Positions 53,422-62,798 of a DNA stretch of 64,000 nt are shown piece after piece; positions within the stretch are counted from its first letter, which is position 1, and the number at the start of each line of letters is the position of its first letter. A program made the translations under genes and the position numbers. The notes below the pieces were generated by a model that was not told the DNA's origin, ran no database searches, and saw nothing but the letters and a program-made list of their open reading frames with translations. This stretch comes from Sedimentisphaerales bacterium (GTDB lineage Bacteria; Planctomycetota; Phycisphaerae; Sedimentisphaerales; SM23-30): positions 3,554-67,553 of the forward strand of contig JAFGSR010000181.1 of NCBI GenBank assembly GCA_016934515.1, given 5' to 3'.

Positions 53422-54900
53422 TTAACTGTATTCTTTGCGTCTTCGGGCAGGAGGAATGTTGAGCAGGCCGCGGTATTTGGCAACCGTGCGGCGGGCCACG
53501 GTCAGACCCTGCCTGACGAGTTCTTCCACCAGTTTGTCATCACTGAGAGGGTTGTTTTTGTCTTCGTTGTCAATAATTTCCTGCAGCTTGGCTTTGATAG
53601 CGTCCCAGCTCACCGATTCACCGGCGGCGTTTTCGGTACCGCCACTGAAAAACGAACGCAGGGGAAAAATGCCGATAGGCGTTTGCAGGTATTTGCCCGA
53701 AACCGCGCGGGAAACGGTTCCGACGTGTATTCCCAGAGCTTCAGCAACTTCAACCATGGGCAGGGGTTTGAGATGCAGTGGCCCATGATCGAAAAAATCA
53801 CGCTGATTTTTCAGGACATGATTGACCACGCGTAACAGAGTGGTCTTACGCTGTTCGATGGATTCGATAAGCCAGCGGGCCGAGCGGACGGAATTCTGCA
53901 GGAATTCTTTGGCGTCAGTCGCGGTTTTTTTGTCCTTGATCATACCGGCATACAGCGAACTGATTCGTAGATTTGGTGAGCTGCCGTCACTGAGACGGGC
54001 GGTGTAGATGTCGTCTTCCTCGTCATAATCCACAATGATGTCGGGTACAATATACTGGTTTTCATGGCTGCCGATTTGCATGCCCGGACGGGGATCTAAC
54101 TGGGAAATCACTTTGACTGCATCCTGGATTTCTTTAATGGTTTTCCCGGTTTTTTTAGCAATAGCAGGATAGCGGTTCATCTCGATATCTTTGAGGTGAT
54201 TACTGACCAGTTCAATTTCGAGAGTACGCGGTTCGGGCTGATTACGCAACTGGAGCAGCATGCATTGGGCCATATCCCTGGCACCGATGCCGGGAGGGTC
54301 CAGCGTTTGGACCAGTTGCAGAGCCAGGTTCATTTGTTCGGGCTTAACCGGTTCACGCAACTGTTCGGTAAGGCTTTGCAGATCGGTGGTGAGGTATCCG
54401 GAATCATCGAGATTATCAATAATTACCGTCCCGGCTTTTTTGATAATTTCATCAGCTTCCATAAAAAGCCACTGCTCATGAAGGTAATCATTGAGAGACT
54501 GGTTGGGTGCGGCGGTATTTTGCATGGCGTCAAGTTTGGCGTCACGTTCGCCGTTGGTACGTTTTTGGGTAATGTAACTGGACCGGCCCAGATAATCATC
54601 GTAATCGTTACCAATATTTTCCAGCCGCTCAAAATCACCTTTTTTGCTGTCATCCTGACCGATTTGCAGTAAACGTTCGCCCTCGGGAACTTCTTGAGAT
54701 GTCTGTTCGTTAGCCGGTGGCGGACTATCAAAATCTGCGGGGAGCTCTTCCTCTAATACCGGATTTGTAAGCATTTCCTGTTCGATACGCTCCTGCAGGG
54801 CCAGTAGCGGCAACTGCAGGATCTCCATGGACTGGATCATCCGCGGGGCCAGCACCATGCGCTGTTCCGCTCGCATCTGTTGTGAAATATCCAGTCTCAT
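53422..54900 (-). CDS. rpoN: RNA polymerase sigma-54 factor
   Basis: 492-aa ORF. Region I is at the N-terminus (QMRAEQRMVLAPRMIQSMEILQLPLLALQERIEQE). The C-terminal HTH is followed by the RpoN box ARRTVAKYR. Confidence 0.92.
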   Translation of the reverse strand: MRLDISQQMRAEQRMVLAPRMIQSMEILQLPLLALQERIEQEMLTNPVLEEELPADFDSPPPANEQTSQEVPEGERLLQIGQDDSKKGDFERLENIGNDYDDYLGRSSYITQKRTNGERDAKLDAMQNTAAPNQSLNDYLHEQWLFMEADEIIKKAGTVIIDNLDDSGYLTTDLQSLTEQLREPVKPEQMNLALQLVQTLDPPGIGARDMAQCMLLQLRNQPEPRTLEIELVSNHLKDIEMNRYPAIAKKTGKTIKEIQDAVKVISQLDPRPGMQIGSHENQYIVPDIIVDYDEEDDIYTARLSDGSSPNLRISSLYAGMIKDKKTATDAKEFLQNSVRSARWLIESIEQRKTTLLRVVNHVLKNQRDFFDHGPLHLKPLPMVEVAEALGIHVGTVSRAVSGKYLQTPIGIFPLRSFFSGGTENAAGESVSWDAIKAKLQEIIDNEDKNNPLSDDKLVEELVRQGLTVARRTVAKYRGLLNIPPARRRKEYS

Positions 54901-55117
54901 TGGTTCAACCTCTCAATTTATCCAGCTAAGCAACTTCTTTTGCATATCTGTTACTGGTTACGCCGGCTTTTTCTCTATCGACCGACCGGCTCGGTCAGTT
55001 TGGTTAAAACTTGTAAAAACCGCTTTTCCAGTGCTTAAAACACCGTTCCGGAAGAATTCGCGTAGTGTTAGAGGACTTTTACTTAAGCGAAAAAACTCCA
55101 GTCTGAATCCGACAAAA

Positions 55118-55723
55118 TTATTCCAGCGTTGTTCGTCCGCGAATCGCGTCAGACAAAATGCTTTTGTTGGCGTATTCAATGCTGCCTCCGGATGGCAGTC
55201 CGCGGGCCAGTCGCGACACTTTAACCGAAGTATCGCTCAGCAGAGAGCTGATATACAAAGCTGTGCCGTCGCCTTCCATATTCGGATTAGTCGCCAAAAC
55301 CACTTCCTTCACTTGACCGGTTTCAACTCGCTTAATTAACTGATCGATAGTCAGGTTGTCCGGGGTAACACCTTCCAACGGAGCCAGTCTGCCCAGCAGC
55401 ACATGATAAACCCAGTTGCACAAGCCGGTTTCTTCCAGACTGATCAGGTCGCCCGGTTGCTCCACTACACAAATAATGGATTGGTCGCGGCGTTCGTCAC
55501 GGCAGATTTCGCACAAGTCCTGTTCGCTTAGATTAAAACACTGTTTGCAGTTGCGTATCTGAGACTTAACCGTCTGGATAGCCTCCGACAGCGCTAAGGC
55601 GTCTTCGGGCGATTGCTGCAGAATAAAATAAGCCAGACGTTCAGCTGTTCGCGGCCCGATACCGGGCAGCCTGGCAAACTGCTTCATTAATCGCTCCATG
55701 CTTTCGGTATGTGCCTGACTCAT
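55118..55723 (-). CDS. recR: Recombination protein RecR
   Basis: 201-aa ORF containing LPGIGPRTAERLAYFIL, the C4 zinc finger CKQCFNLSEQDLCEIC, and a Toprim region. Confidence 0.92.
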   Translation of the reverse strand: MSQAHTESMERLMKQFARLPGIGPRTAERLAYFILQQSPEDALALSEAIQTVKSQIRNCKQCFNLSEQDLCEICRDERRDQSIICVVEQPGDLISLEETGLCNWVYHVLLGRLAPLEGVTPDNLTIDQLIKRVETGQVKEVVLATNPNMEGDGTALYISSLLSDTSVKVSRLARGLPSGGSIEYANKSILSDAIRGRTTLE

Positions 55724-56061
55724 CCGAACATCTTACCTAATTGATCCAGCCCCGGAATATTAAGCCCGCCGGTTAGTTCCTGCATTTGCTCACGCATCTC
55801 TTCCTGGCTCTTGGTAACCGCGGCGTTGATAGCAGCTTTGATCAAATCTTCCATCATCTCCAAATCGTTGACATCCACCACATTCGGATCGATTTTAATT
55901 TCCAAAAGCTCACCTTTACCGTTAACTTTGGCGGTTACCATGCCGCCGCCGCTGGAAGCTTCCACTACGCGTTGGGCAGCTTCTTCCTGTACCCGCTGCA
56001 GATTGGCCTGGATATCCTTGAATTGACCGAACATTTTTGTTAAGTCGCCAAATCCCATCAT
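55720..56061 (-). CDS. ybaB: YbaB/EbfC-family nucleoid-associated protein
   Basis: 113-aa ORF containing MFGQFKDIQANLQRVQEE...SSGGGMVTAKVNGKGELLEIKIDP. Its stop overlaps the recR start (ATGA). Confidence 0.9.
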   Translation of the reverse strand: MMGFGDLTKMFGQFKDIQANLQRVQEEAAQRVVEASSGGGMVTAKVNGKGELLEIKIDPNVVDVNDLEMMEDLIKAAINAAVTKSQEEMREQMQELTGGLNIPGLDQLGKMFG

Positions 56062-56132
56062 TTTTTAAATCCTCGCTTAGTTTGTAATCGGACTGAGTTT
56101 TTTTCGTTTATTAAACTGATCCTGCTATCTTT

Positions 56133-57878
56133 TTATTCTACCCGGTCAATCCGAACCACCTTGCCGCCCAGGACATTTTGAACCATTCTGACTTTTGGAT
56201 CCGACATGGCGGTGTTAATTTCCTTTTGGCTGGGTTTGGAACCAGCCGATTTCATGGTACCGTTAGCTCGTCCGCTGCTTATAACAGTTGACGATTGAAC
56301 GATTTCCAGCTTCAGGCTGCTCGAAAGTATTTTGCCCAGCATCTGCTCAATTTCACTGATAACCATCGGCTGACCCAATAGAAACCTTCCCATCCCTTCG
56401 TCGCGATTGAAAACCAGTGACAACTTTCCATCGGCCCACTCGGTTGGTTGGGCGGGCCTGAGGTAGGCCTCCAGGTTTTTGCCGCCCTGGTGGACAACTT
56501 CGGCCAGAATATCATGCCATTTTTCCTGCAAATCAGCCAGCGTAATATTTCGCTCCGGCGTCAGTGATTTACCCGCGACAGAAGGTAAAACCGTTTTACT
56601 TTTGGGGATTGTGGTGGCAATATTATCAGGTTTTATTGCGGTTTCAGAAGTTTTTTTTTGCGCAGCAGCAAATCGGTTGGTTGGTTGTGGCTGCCGAAAG
56701 CTGGTGGCTGCTCCGGAAGAAGCGGTTGTCACCTGGGGCAAATTTTGCAACTGTTCCAGCAGAACTTTGGTGTCACTGAAACGCTGTCCAGCCGTAAGAC
56801 GAACCATGGCAGCTTCGAGCAAAGCCCGTCCCGAAACACCCGTTCGCAGAAATCGCCGCAATTCTTCCAGCACCGTAATGTTGTACACCAAAGCAGCGTC
56901 GTCAAATTGCTTGGCCTGCTCAACAGCCATCTGGCGGGCCTGGTCGTCATCCAGCTCAACCAGTTCGGTATCTCCGCCGCAGTTGCGTAACACCATCAGG
57001 TCTCGAAAATGATTCTGCACTGCTTCGGTCAATTGATCCAAGGCCAACCCTTCGCTGAGGCCGGCATCAATCTGCGTAAGAACTTCCGCCAAGTCGTTTT
57101 TACCGACGGCCTCAGCCAGATCAACAATCCGCTGCGACCGGGGCGTACCCAGCAAATCGTGCAACAGCTCCACCGTCAGCTTGCCGTCCGCCATGCTCAA
57201 AAGCTGATCCAGCAAACTCAGAGCGTCACGCATGGAACCATTGGCCCGTCGGGCAACCCGGCGGACCAGAGCGTCATCAGCCTTAATCTTCTCGCCGTCG
57301 AGAACCAGCTTTAACTGGCCAACGATGTCGTCGAGTTTGATATTGCGAAAATCGAAACGCTGACAGCGGGAATGAATAGTAGCCGGTACCTTGTTGGGCT
57401 CGGTGGTGGCCAGGATAAATTTGACGTGATCGGGCGGTTCTTCCAGAGTTTTCAGCAATGCGTTGAAGGCACTGGTCGAGAGCATATGCACTTCATCAAT
57501 AATATAAATTTTATAGCGGGCCCGGGCCGGTCGATAAATAGCATTCTGTCGGAGCTCGCGGATGTGCTCCACGCCGGTATTGGACGCCCCATCTATCTCC
57601 AGCACGTCAATGTCATCACCTTCATTAATTGCCAGGCAACTTTCGCATTTGCAGCAGGGTTCGCTGGTGGGCTTGTCCGAATTGAGGCAGTTCAGCGCCT
57701 TGGCCAACACCCTGGCCATGGTAGTCTTGCCCACTCCCCTGGTCCCCGTGAACAGATAAGCGTGCGCCACCCGATCGGACGTTAGCGCATTTTTAAGCGT
57801 TCGCGATACAGCGTCCTGTCCCACCACTTCGTCAAAACTCTGCGACCGGTAACGCCTGGCCAAAACTGTATATGACAT
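56133..57878 (-). CDS. dnaX: DNA polymerase III subunits tau/gamma
   Basis: 581-aa ORF containing LARRYRSQSFDEVVGQDAV and the Walker A motif GTRGVGKTT, plus a zinc module CxxC...CxxC. An A9 run lies on the coding strand at 56651-56659 (codons 407-410). Confidence 0.92.
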   Translation of the reverse strand: MSYTVLARRYRSQSFDEVVGQDAVSRTLKNALTSDRVAHAYLFTGTRGVGKTTMARVLAKALNCLNSDKPTSEPCCKCESCLAINEGDDIDVLEIDGASNTGVEHIRELRQNAIYRPARARYKIYIIDEVHMLSTSAFNALLKTLEEPPDHVKFILATTEPNKVPATIHSRCQRFDFRNIKLDDIVGQLKLVLDGEKIKADDALVRRVARRANGSMRDALSLLDQLLSMADGKLTVELLHDLLGTPRSQRIVDLAEAVGKNDLAEVLTQIDAGLSEGLALDQLTEAVQNHFRDLMVLRNCGGDTELVELDDDQARQMAVEQAKQFDDAALVYNITVLEELRRFLRTGVSGRALLEAAMVRLTAGQRFSDTKVLLEQLQNLPQVTTASSGAATSFRQPQPTNRFAAAQKKTSETAIKPDNIATTIPKSKTVLPSVAGKSLTPERNITLADLQEKWHDILAEVVHQGGKNLEAYLRPAQPTEWADGKLSLVFNRDEGMGRFLLGQPMVISEIEQMLGKILSSSLKLEIVQSSTVISSGRANGTMKSAGSKPSQKEINTAMSDPKVRMVQNVLGGKVVRIDRVE

Positions 57879-57957
57879 GTCTTACCTGTTATTATTATGA
57901 TCCCAAACGACCAGAAATTCTCCATCTCCGCCGGGATTCCCGTTGAATAAAAAAAAA

Positions 57958-58227
57958 GGCCGTGCACTTTTCGTCGAATCGATCACGCCGGGTTTGTCGT
58001 CACAGCCTGCTCCTGCCAGGTTATTCCACGGCACAACAGACGAATACGCTTATGGCTGCTCCGTTCCCGGCCTGACCAGATTCACGCTGCCCGCTTGCAT
58101 GGGACCCAACGATCAACACTACTTATGACAATAGAGGCCCGACTACTTCGACCCTCAAAAAAGAATTCCGCCTCGCTATAGCGGATTGCGAGTTCGAGGT
58201 ACCGCTAACACCCCGCCTAGCACGGCC
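57958..58227 (-). ncRNA. ffs: Signal recognition particle RNA, large (Alu-domain-containing, Bacillus-type)
   Basis: The reverse strand carries the S-domain core TCTGGTCAGGCCGGGAACGGAGCAGCC...GTGCCGTGGAATAACCTGGCAGG (compare E. coli 4.5S CCAGGUCAGGUCCGGAAGGAAGCAGCC...GUGCCGGGAUGUAGCUGGCAGG). The 5-prime Alu-like segment GGCCGTGCTAGGCGGGGTGTTAGCGGTACC...GCAATCCGCTATAGCGAGG resembles B. subtilis scRNA (from memory). The 5-prime GGCCGTGC pairs with the 3-prime GCACGGCC, and a T9 terminator tract follows. It sits just upstream of dnaX, as in many bacteria. The ends are approximate. Confidence 0.8.
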
Positions 58228-58758
58228 AATTCCATAATGATCAATCTTCAGTAAATCCTATTCCACCGAATATAGCCGATAACCAGAGCAAAGTCCATGC
58301 CTAAATTATAAAAATTATATAACTAATTTAAAGTCAGTACTTTACGCAAACAGCAACCGGCATACCACTAAAAATCACCTCCCTGGCAACAACCATACAG
58401 CCGAAATAAAAAATACTTAATTTAACGCTGATTTTGTTAGGATTTTGTTTTGATTTTTTCAGCCATAATGATATAGTAGTGCTTCAGAGTTTATATTAGG
58501 GTCAGGGAAATCTTTCGACCGTTTCTCTTGGTAAAGTGCTTTCGTACTTTGTTGTTGATTTGAATGCTGGTTTGTGATCCTGCAGAGCCTTATAAGCTCT
58601 CAGGTAAGGATCTGTTTGTTCGTTCCAACACAATTAGTTTTCGGCTGAAATAAAAGCTCATAATCGATATTCCTGGCAAAATCTATCAGAGACTCTTAGA
58701 TTTGTTGTCCTGTTGCAACGTTTTTTTGCAGCAACCTTTTTTTACGGAGGTGTTTACT

Positions 58759-59859
58759 TTGATTAAGTTCCATTGCTCAATTTGTGAAAAAAAAGTCGGC
58801 GTCCCGGAGGAATACGCTGGTAAGTTAATTAAATGTCCAAAATGCGCAAACCCAATTAAGGTGCCTGTTCCGAATCTGAAGACTCCCGCTGCCTCAGATT
58901 TAAATATACCACCGGAAAATGAAGCCGAACCACAAACTAATACCGATCCAGATCAGCAGTATCTATCCGCGGAGGATGATTCGTCGGAACAAATATGGAC
59001 GGATGACATGTTTGATAATAACACTGTTGGACTGACGGACGCCACAGATTCAACCCTGGAGACTATGCATCAATGCCTAAATTGCCAGGCTGATATATCC
59101 CCAGGTTCAGAATTTTGTACAAATTGCGGGCAAATGTTGCCAGGACACTCGACACCTGAATCACCGGTTGTGGCGGGTAAATCAGGTGTCGCAGCAACTG
59201 CGGCATCTTTACCGAAAGGATTAATATGCGGCCTGATAGGCGCCTCGCTCGGTGCGGGTATCTGGTTCGCAATTGCTTACATAACTAATTATGAAGTTGG
59301 TATTATAGCCTGCCTGGTTGGTTTTTTAGCGGGCGTAGGAGTTCGGTTTGGTGCTCAGCAAGAAAAGGAAGTACTGGGTATTATGGCAGCGGTCCTGGCT
59401 ATTGTAGGCATCCTGGCGGGTAAATACATGCTGGTACAGTATATAGCAATCCCGGTTGCAAAAGAGATGGTTGCCGAAATGCCCCTTGATGAGATTAGAG
59501 AAATTGCCCGGGATGACGATGCTATGTATGGCTTGGTAATGTTAAATATGTATAATAAGGGTAGGTTTGATGATTCACTCGCTCAGCAATTGGAAGCTTA
59601 CCATGATGGTAATGATGTATCTGAAGAAAATCTTGCCCAGATCGAACAATTGGACAGTGAAGTACAAGATTTACTGGACAGCCTTAATGAAAACGAAAAA
59701 ATTAAACTGGCTCGCGAGATTATGACCCAGGCGATTACAGTTGAACTGAATGACATCACTTTCTGGGACATGTTAAAGGAATCCCTGGGAGTTTTCGATA
59801 TCTTGTTCTTCTTGCTGGCTATCGGCAGTGCCTATAAGATTGCTGCCGGCAAATCCTGA
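58759..59859 (+). CDS. Double zinc-ribbon membrane protein, tandem paralog 1
   Basis: The ORF track starts at 58702. The TTG at 58759 has a GGAGG 8 nt upstream and makes the N-terminus (M)IKFHCSICEKKVGVPEEYAGKLIKCPKCANPIKVP collinear with paralogs 2 and 3. A second ribbon reads CLNCQADISPGSEFCTNCG. The protein has 4 predicted TM helices. Confidence 0.7.
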   Translation: MIKFHCSICEKKVGVPEEYAGKLIKCPKCANPIKVPVPNLKTPAASDLNIPPENEAEPQTNTDPDQQYLSAEDDSSEQIWTDDMFDNNTVGLTDATDSTLETMHQCLNCQADISPGSEFCTNCGQMLPGHSTPESPVVAGKSGVAATAASLPKGLICGLIGASLGAGIWFAIAYITNYEVGIIACLVGFLAGVGVRFGAQQEKEVLGIMAAVLAIVGILAGKYMLVQYIAIPVAKEMVAEMPLDEIREIARDDDAMYGLVMLNMYNKGRFDDSLAQQLEAYHDGNDVSEENLAQIEQLDSEVQDLLDSLNENEKIKLAREIMTQAITVELNDITFWDMLKESLGVFDILFFLLAIGSAYKIAAGKS

Positions 59860-59910
59860 CAATAATTGCTAAATACTGCCGATTTCCCAATTTGTTAACA
59901 GGTAAGTGTT

Positions 59911-61353
59911 ATGATCAAATTTCGCTGTCACAACTGCAACAAGAAAATCGGTGTTCCTGAAAAATACGCGACCAAAATGGTCAAATGCCCTCAGTGTGCT
60001 AATCCAACAATCGTACCGGGAGTAATTCACGAAGAACCTGCTGCAGAACAAATCCCCCTCATTGAAAAGTCTTCCCAGGCCCATGAAAGCAATCCCCCTG
60101 ATAATTGTTCCCGGAACGATGGTTTCCCCGCGTTAACTCCTCAGACCGAGCAGGATGACTTGGCGGACCAGGATAGTCCCTGGACGGACGACATGTTCGA
60201 AACCTCTCCGGAAACAGAAGCCGTTAACCAGGAAAGAAATTGCCCTCAGTGCGGCACGGAAGTACCGGAGGATTCGGAGTTTTGTGTCAACTGCGGCCGC
60301 GAGGTGCCGCTGCCGAAAACTACCGAAATTGATAACCTATCCCAAAAAAAAGGTCTTATCGGGGCTATGCCCGCCGGAAAAAGCTTTGGTATTGATGTAC
60401 TTCGCCTGATGTCCCCGGTTAGAAGTCTCGATGACGGTATTTCCTTTTTCTTTCTGATAATATTGACCGCTTTCGTTAGCATAAATTTCTTTGGCCCCAG
60501 CTTTTATGGCGGCGTCTTTATAACTATAGCCCGGCTGATGGTATATGGCATCATATATACCTTTTTGTTTGATGTGCTGTTAGTAACCGCAAATGGCGAT
60601 GACGAACTTCCCAAGTTTGAAATGCCGACTTCCTCCTGGGATCTGGTTCGTCCCTATTTCCAAATGATTGTCAGTTATTTATATGCACTGCTGCCATTTA
60701 TTGCCTGTTTTATCGTCGGTATCTGGTTTGTAATTGCTGCCGCTGACTCCACGAATGAATCCGGCTTTTTGGATGTCCCGATAGGCCAACCATATGAAAT
60801 GCTAGATCCTGAAAATGAACCCATAGATACGGAAAAGTTTTATAGTGATATGGAGGAACCAGTCGGCGAAAATGAAATGCTTCAGGATGATTCGGAAGTA
60901 TTTTATGAAGAGCCAGAAGACTCAGTTTTCGAAAACGATGAATCTTATGGTAGTAATAACATCATTAAACAGAATTTAGATAAATTTGCCACGGCCGCTT
61001 TCGGCTTTTTTGCTTTTACGATATTTTTGTTTTTTGCGGGCTTGTTCTTCTGGCCAATGATAGTAATGAACATCGTACTCGGCGACAGGTTTGTCATAAA
61101 TCCCGCCAAGGTTGTCATGAATGTCCTGCGAACTTTCAAACCCTATCTGATCTGCTGTGTTGCTATGTATCTTACAATCCTCATGTTCTATTTGACTAAT
61201 GTTACCTTTGCGATTAAGGGATTATCCGGGGACAGTCTTGCTCCGGTCCTTGGGGCAATTACCGCAATTATTGGTGGTTTGTGCATTCAGATATACAACA
61301 TGAGATTGCTGGGGCTGCTCTATCGTTACTATGGCGAAAAGCTGGATTGGTAA
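59911..61353 (+). CDS. Double zinc-ribbon membrane protein, tandem paralog 2 (different, larger polytopic C-terminal domain)
   Basis: 480-aa ORF. The N-terminus is MIKFRCHNCNKKIGVPEKYATKMVKCPQCANPTIVP and the second ribbon is CPQCGTEVPEDSEFCVNCG. It shares the WTDDMF motif with paralog 1 and has about 6 TM helices. Confidence 0.7.
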   Translation: MIKFRCHNCNKKIGVPEKYATKMVKCPQCANPTIVPGVIHEEPAAEQIPLIEKSSQAHESNPPDNCSRNDGFPALTPQTEQDDLADQDSPWTDDMFETSPETEAVNQERNCPQCGTEVPEDSEFCVNCGREVPLPKTTEIDNLSQKKGLIGAMPAGKSFGIDVLRLMSPVRSLDDGISFFFLIILTAFVSINFFGPSFYGGVFITIARLMVYGIIYTFLFDVLLVTANGDDELPKFEMPTSSWDLVRPYFQMIVSYLYALLPFIACFIVGIWFVIAAADSTNESGFLDVPIGQPYEMLDPENEPIDTEKFYSDMEEPVGENEMLQDDSEVFYEEPEDSVFENDESYGSNNIIKQNLDKFATAAFGFFAFTIFLFFAGLFFWPMIVMNIVLGDRFVINPAKVVMNVLRTFKPYLICCVAMYLTILMFYLTNVTFAIKGLSGDSLAPVLGAITAIIGGLCIQIYNMRLLGLLYRYYGEKLDW

Positions 61354-61478
61354 AACCCCAAGGGGGCAAAATCAAGAACGGGAAACCTTGAAACCTCGGA
61401 AGGATTGTGTTATCATACCCTTTGGTCCATTGTGGCGATAAGCTTATTGGCTTTAAATTGGGAAAAGGATCTCGTTCC

Positions 61479-62756
61479 ATGATTAAATTCAGGTGTCCCA
61501 ACTGTGATAAAAAAATCAGCGTGCCGCCGGAGTTCGCCACAAAAAAAGTTAAGTGCCCCAGATGCTCCCGCCCCATCAGGGTCCCCCAGCCCAAACCGGA
61601 CAGCTCCGACGAATTTATTCCGGAATCCTCCGGTAAGCCCGCCAATGAAACTGACAGTTTGCTCGCCGATCAGCTTGCCCATAAGTCTAATGACCAACCC
61701 AAAGACTCACCTGCCGTCACATCCAACGATAGCTCCATCAATCAACCAAGCAGCAAGCCCAGCAAAGAACCTGCCGAAAACTCACCTGAAGCCCCCACTG
61801 AAAAGTCTGCTGATCAGCCCGCCAATCCGCCTGAACCACCCCCACCAAATCCTAAAATCCCAAAATTGGCCAATGTTATAGAACTTGAAATACCCGACGA
61901 ATTCTCTGATTCTCCCAAGTCGGATGCTTCTGGAAAGTCGAAAAAAAAAGAAGAAAAAGTAAAATGCCCCCACTGCCGGGCACCTGTCCGGGCCGGCGCA
62001 TCCATCTGCATAACCTGCGGTACCCAGCTTGATACCGTTTACCTCAAAGCCTACGCCGCCGCCGCAGCCGAATCAGCCGCAAAAAGAAAATCCGCCTCCC
62101 CAAAAGCCATTCTAACCGGCGGAATCATCGGCACTCTGGTCGGAGTAATCGTCTGGTTTATCATAGTATATCTGACCCAATTCAAATACGCGATTCCCTG
62201 TATTGTCGGAATAACCTCGGCACTGGGAATTTTTATCGTAGCACGGGAAGGTACTGATGAACTGGGTAAAAAGGCCGCCGTATTGACCGGCGCAGGTTTA
62301 CTGCTTGGCACCTTAGCACTAACATTATTTATGCCCCTGCCGACCGTCTCGCAAAAAATGGCCCAAATACCCTCGGAACTGTATCATCAAATGACCAACG
62401 ATAACGCAGTTATGTACGAAGCTGCTTGTTACGTTTTCGCTCATACCGGCGATCTGGACCAAAACACCGCCGATTTACTGATTGATAAACAAAAAGGCCA
62501 GTCACCCCCACCGCAGCAGCAGGAAAAAGTGCAACAAGCCGATGAGCAAATTAAAAACTTCCTGAACAGCCGCACTCCCAAGGAAAAAAACGACCTGGCC
62601 AGACAATATCAACGCCTTAAAACCGAGAATTATCTCCAAAATATTTCTATTTTCGGCAGGTTCAGGGAGTTTATATCAATTCTGGATTTCTTCTGGTATT
62701 TTCTGGCAATATTCGGCTCCCTGAAAATCGCCTCTGAAATGGCTAAATCCAAATAA
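61479..62756 (+). CDS. Double zinc-ribbon membrane protein, tandem paralog 3
   Basis: The ORF track starts at 61407; the ATG at 61479 gives MIKFRCPNCDKKISVPPEFATKKVKCPRCSRPIRVP. It has a Pro/Ser-rich linker and the second ribbon CPHCRAPVRAGASICITCG. Its TM layout and C-terminus (FWYFLAIFGSLKIASE) parallel paralog 1 (FFLLAIGSAYKIAAG). Confidence 0.7.
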   Translation: MIKFRCPNCDKKISVPPEFATKKVKCPRCSRPIRVPQPKPDSSDEFIPESSGKPANETDSLLADQLAHKSNDQPKDSPAVTSNDSSINQPSSKPSKEPAENSPEAPTEKSADQPANPPEPPPPNPKIPKLANVIELEIPDEFSDSPKSDASGKSKKKEEKVKCPHCRAPVRAGASICITCGTQLDTVYLKAYAAAAAESAAKRKSASPKAILTGGIIGTLVGVIVWFIIVYLTQFKYAIPCIVGITSALGIFIVAREGTDELGKKAAVLTGAGLLLGTLALTLFMPLPTVSQKMAQIPSELYHQMTNDNAVMYEAACYVFAHTGDLDQNTADLLIDKQKGQSPPPQQQEKVQQADEQIKNFLNSRTPKEKNDLARQYQRLKTENYLQNISIFGRFREFISILDFFWYFLAIFGSLKIASEMAKSK

Positions 62757-62798
62757 AATCTCCAAACCTGGATTTCCGGCAACGCTCAACCGCCGATT

